Assembly: GCA_016196885.1 (NCBI GenBank)
Contig: JACPWU010000035.1
Coordinates: 1-32,000 of the forward strand
Direction: 5' to 3'
DNA length: 32,000 nucleotides
Source: Chlamydiota bacterium
GTDB lineage: Bacteria; Auribacterota; JACPWU01
Under the pieces are notes generated by a model. It saw only the letters and a list, made by a program, of their open reading frames with translations, was not told the origin of the DNA and did no database searches. Shown here piece by piece: positions 30,623 through 32,000 of this stretch (within the stretch, counting starts at the first letter, position 1; every line of letters begins with the position of its first letter). A program made the translations under genes and the position numbers.

Positions 30623-31049
30623 GTCTAAAGACATCGCTTCGATCCACTTCACGCAGACTCTGGGACTTCAATAAAACCAGCCCTTCCCGGTCAAGATAGG
30701 GAATATCGAATCCTTCCAAAATATATTTGCGAATGTATTTTGCTAAATCTTGATAAGAAAAACCTGACATCTTCACAAAAACATCAAGCGGAAAATCTTC
30801 GATGATACGAATGGCCCCCTCTTCCTCTTTAAAATCTTGGATAGACAATTCTTGGAATCCTGAGGGAGAAAAAGATTTCAGAAAGAGAAAAAATCTTTCA
30901 ACATTCTCGGATGCCCCATTTATCAAAATATCTACGTCTTCTGTGGTGCGAACAAGCCCATTGAAGGCGCAAGCAATGCCACCCACAGTGATAAATTGAA
31001 CATTCGCTTTAACGAGATCGACCAACAATTTTTCGAAGAAATTCATCAT
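30579..31049 (-). CDS. Minimal nucleotidyltransferase-fold protein, module 2 (paralog of 15074..15535)
   Basis: VGGIACAFNGLVRTTEDVDILI fits the Pol-beta NTase motif. IPYLDREGLVLLKSQSLREVDRSDVFRL parallels IPHLSLEDLIISKDTDRLQDQADYEKL. The start is probably M17/M18 (31049/31046) by alignment with the paralog. The 3-prime end overlaps the dusB 3-prime end by 44 nt (convergent). Confidence 0.65.
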   Translation of the reverse strand: MMNFFEKLLVDLVKANVQFITVGGIACAFNGLVRTTEDVDILINGASENVERFFLFLKSFSPSGFQELSIQDFKEEEGAIRIIEDFPLDVFVKMSGFSYQDLAKYIRKYILEGFDIPYLDREGLVLLKSQSLREVDRSDVFRLKTLPPDPSKKNSS

Positions 31050-31191
31050 GTTTAAACGATGAGGACGGCCCTTGTCGAATTCTACGTAGGAATTCATTTA
31101 ATTCCCACAAACGCTCCAAAGGTCTTTTTTGAACATTGCCTAAAACAACTTTTTTAATCACAAGTGACCCCCTACCCTTATCTTTAGCCAT
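31009..31191 (-). CDS. Small protein (60 aa) upstream of and overlapping NTase module 2; putative partner
   Basis: Same position and orientation as 14874..15080 relative to its NTase. Weak similarity only. Overlaps the NTase ORF. Confidence 0.4.
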   Translation of the reverse strand: MAKDKGRGSLVIKKVVLGNVQKRPLERLWELNEFLRRIRQGPSSSFKHDEFLRKIVGRSR

Positions 31192-31254
31192 TGTATCATA
31201 TATCCGAGAAAAACTAATTTTGTTCGTTTATCCTGTGGTATCATTCTTAAAATC

Positions 31255-32000
31255 ATGAGCGATTCTTTGAATCTCTACATTCACATTCCCTTCTGCCCCT
31301 TGAAATGCCCTTTTTGCGCATTTAAGACGGGGGTTCATTCGGCTACAACACGCCAGGACTATGTTGAAAAGCTTTGTTTTGAAATAACTGAAAAATTGAG
31401 AACTCGAAAAAATCATAGATTGGTCACTCTTTACATGGGGGGTGGGTCCAGCAACATGCTTTCGACTTCCCAAATTAAAAAAATTCTCGACACGGTTTTG
31501 CAATATGTTACACCTGAGAATAATTTTGAAGCTACTACCGAGATTCATCCTAAACTCATTTCAGAAAAAGACATTCGAGAAATGATAACAATGGGCTTTA
31601 ATCGTTTCTCCATGGGCGTCCAGAGTTTTCAAGATCAAGAGCTAGACTTCTTGAAAAGAGGATATACGGGAGAAGAAGTTGAACATAGCATTGCCTTGAT
31701 CAAAAAATGGGGCGTTGAAAATCTCAATTTGGATTTTATTCTCGCGATTCCGGGCCAAACCTCTGAAAGCGTTTTTAATACACTCGAAAAGGCGCTGAGT
31801 TTTGAACCCTCTCATCTTTCTCATTATCTTCTCTCTTGTGATGAAGGCAGCCAGTTCACACGAGAAAAAGAAAAAGGCGCTCTTTTAGAAATGGATGAAG
31901 AAGATAGTTCTTTGCTCTACGAAAAAACATGTGATTTTCTAGAACAAAAAAATTTCATTCATTATGAAATTTCAAATTGGGCCCAGGCAGGTTCTGAATG
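31255..32000 (+). CDS. hemW: Radical SAM heme chaperone / coproporphyrinogen-III-oxidase-like protein HemW (partial, runs off window end)
   Basis: Not in the ORF track because there is no stop in the window. Translation MSDSLNLYIHIPFCPLKCPFCAF (CxxxCxxC), LYMGGGSSN, RFSMGVQSF, NLDFILAIPGQT, HLSHYLL, YEISNWA. Confidence 0.88.
   Translation, partial: MSDSLNLYIHIPFCPLKCPFCAFKTGVHSATTRQDYVEKLCFEITEKLRTRKNHRLVTLYMGGGSSNMLSTSQIKKILDTVLQYVTPENNFEATTEIHPKLISEKDIREMITMGFNRFSMGVQSFQDQELDFLKRGYTGEEVEHSIALIKKWGVENLNLDFILAIPGQTSESVFNTLEKALSFEPSHLSHYLLSCDEGSQFTREKEKGALLEMDEEDSSLLYEKTCDFLEQKNFIHYEISNWAQAGSE

Noticed and set aside
1-32000. tRNA, rRNA, integrase, transposase or prophage genes
   Set aside because: None recognised by eye in any intergenic region or ORF. 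A tRNAscan or Infernal run would be needed to exclude small RNAs formally.

Overview
Bacterial chromosomal segment. I saw no rRNA, tRNA or CRISPR array by eye, and the lineage cannot be assigned from the sequence alone. The right half (about 16.9-32 kb) is a conserved housekeeping block, mostly on the minus strand: nnr-acpS-pdxJ, glmM-cdaR-cdaA-folP-ftsH, recR-dnaX, a class-I glutamine amidotransferase, dusB (+) and a partial hemW (+). The left half (about 1.5-16.9 kb, between greA and nnr) looks accessory and is the most interesting part. It holds six paralogous exported or membrane-anchored proteins. Four are signal-peptide proteins built from a repeated Y-x-D/H-P-x-G-x-F...P-x-G-W module, with P/T- or Q/N/M/P-rich linkers or tails in three of them. 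Two are N-terminally anchored proteins with degenerate copies of the module. These genes surround a minus-strand operon: an acyl-ACP-reductase-like oxidoreductase, a 985-aa hybrid kinase with two transmitter cores, a receiver-kinase fusion, and one anchored paralog coupled by a GTGA overlap. No output-domain response regulator is present. The window also contains: (i) five copies of a GTAG-headed REP-doublet (REPIN-like) element, (ii) a 181-bp MITE-like element with perfect 27-bp terminal inverted repeats and an 11-bp flanking direct repeat, (iii) two copies of a TAGTCCATGG-word long hairpin plus several other intergenic hairpins built from tandem 6-14-nt words, (iv) two paralogous small-ORF plus minimal-nucleotidyltransferase modules (toxin-antitoxin-like), (v) a decayed BrnT/BrnA-like remnant, and (vi) an A9 run in dnaX at the expected gamma/tau junction, with stops close by in both alternative frames. 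Several ORF-track starts are artefactual extensions into repeats and are corrected below. All family assignments come from motif recognition by eye; no searches were run.
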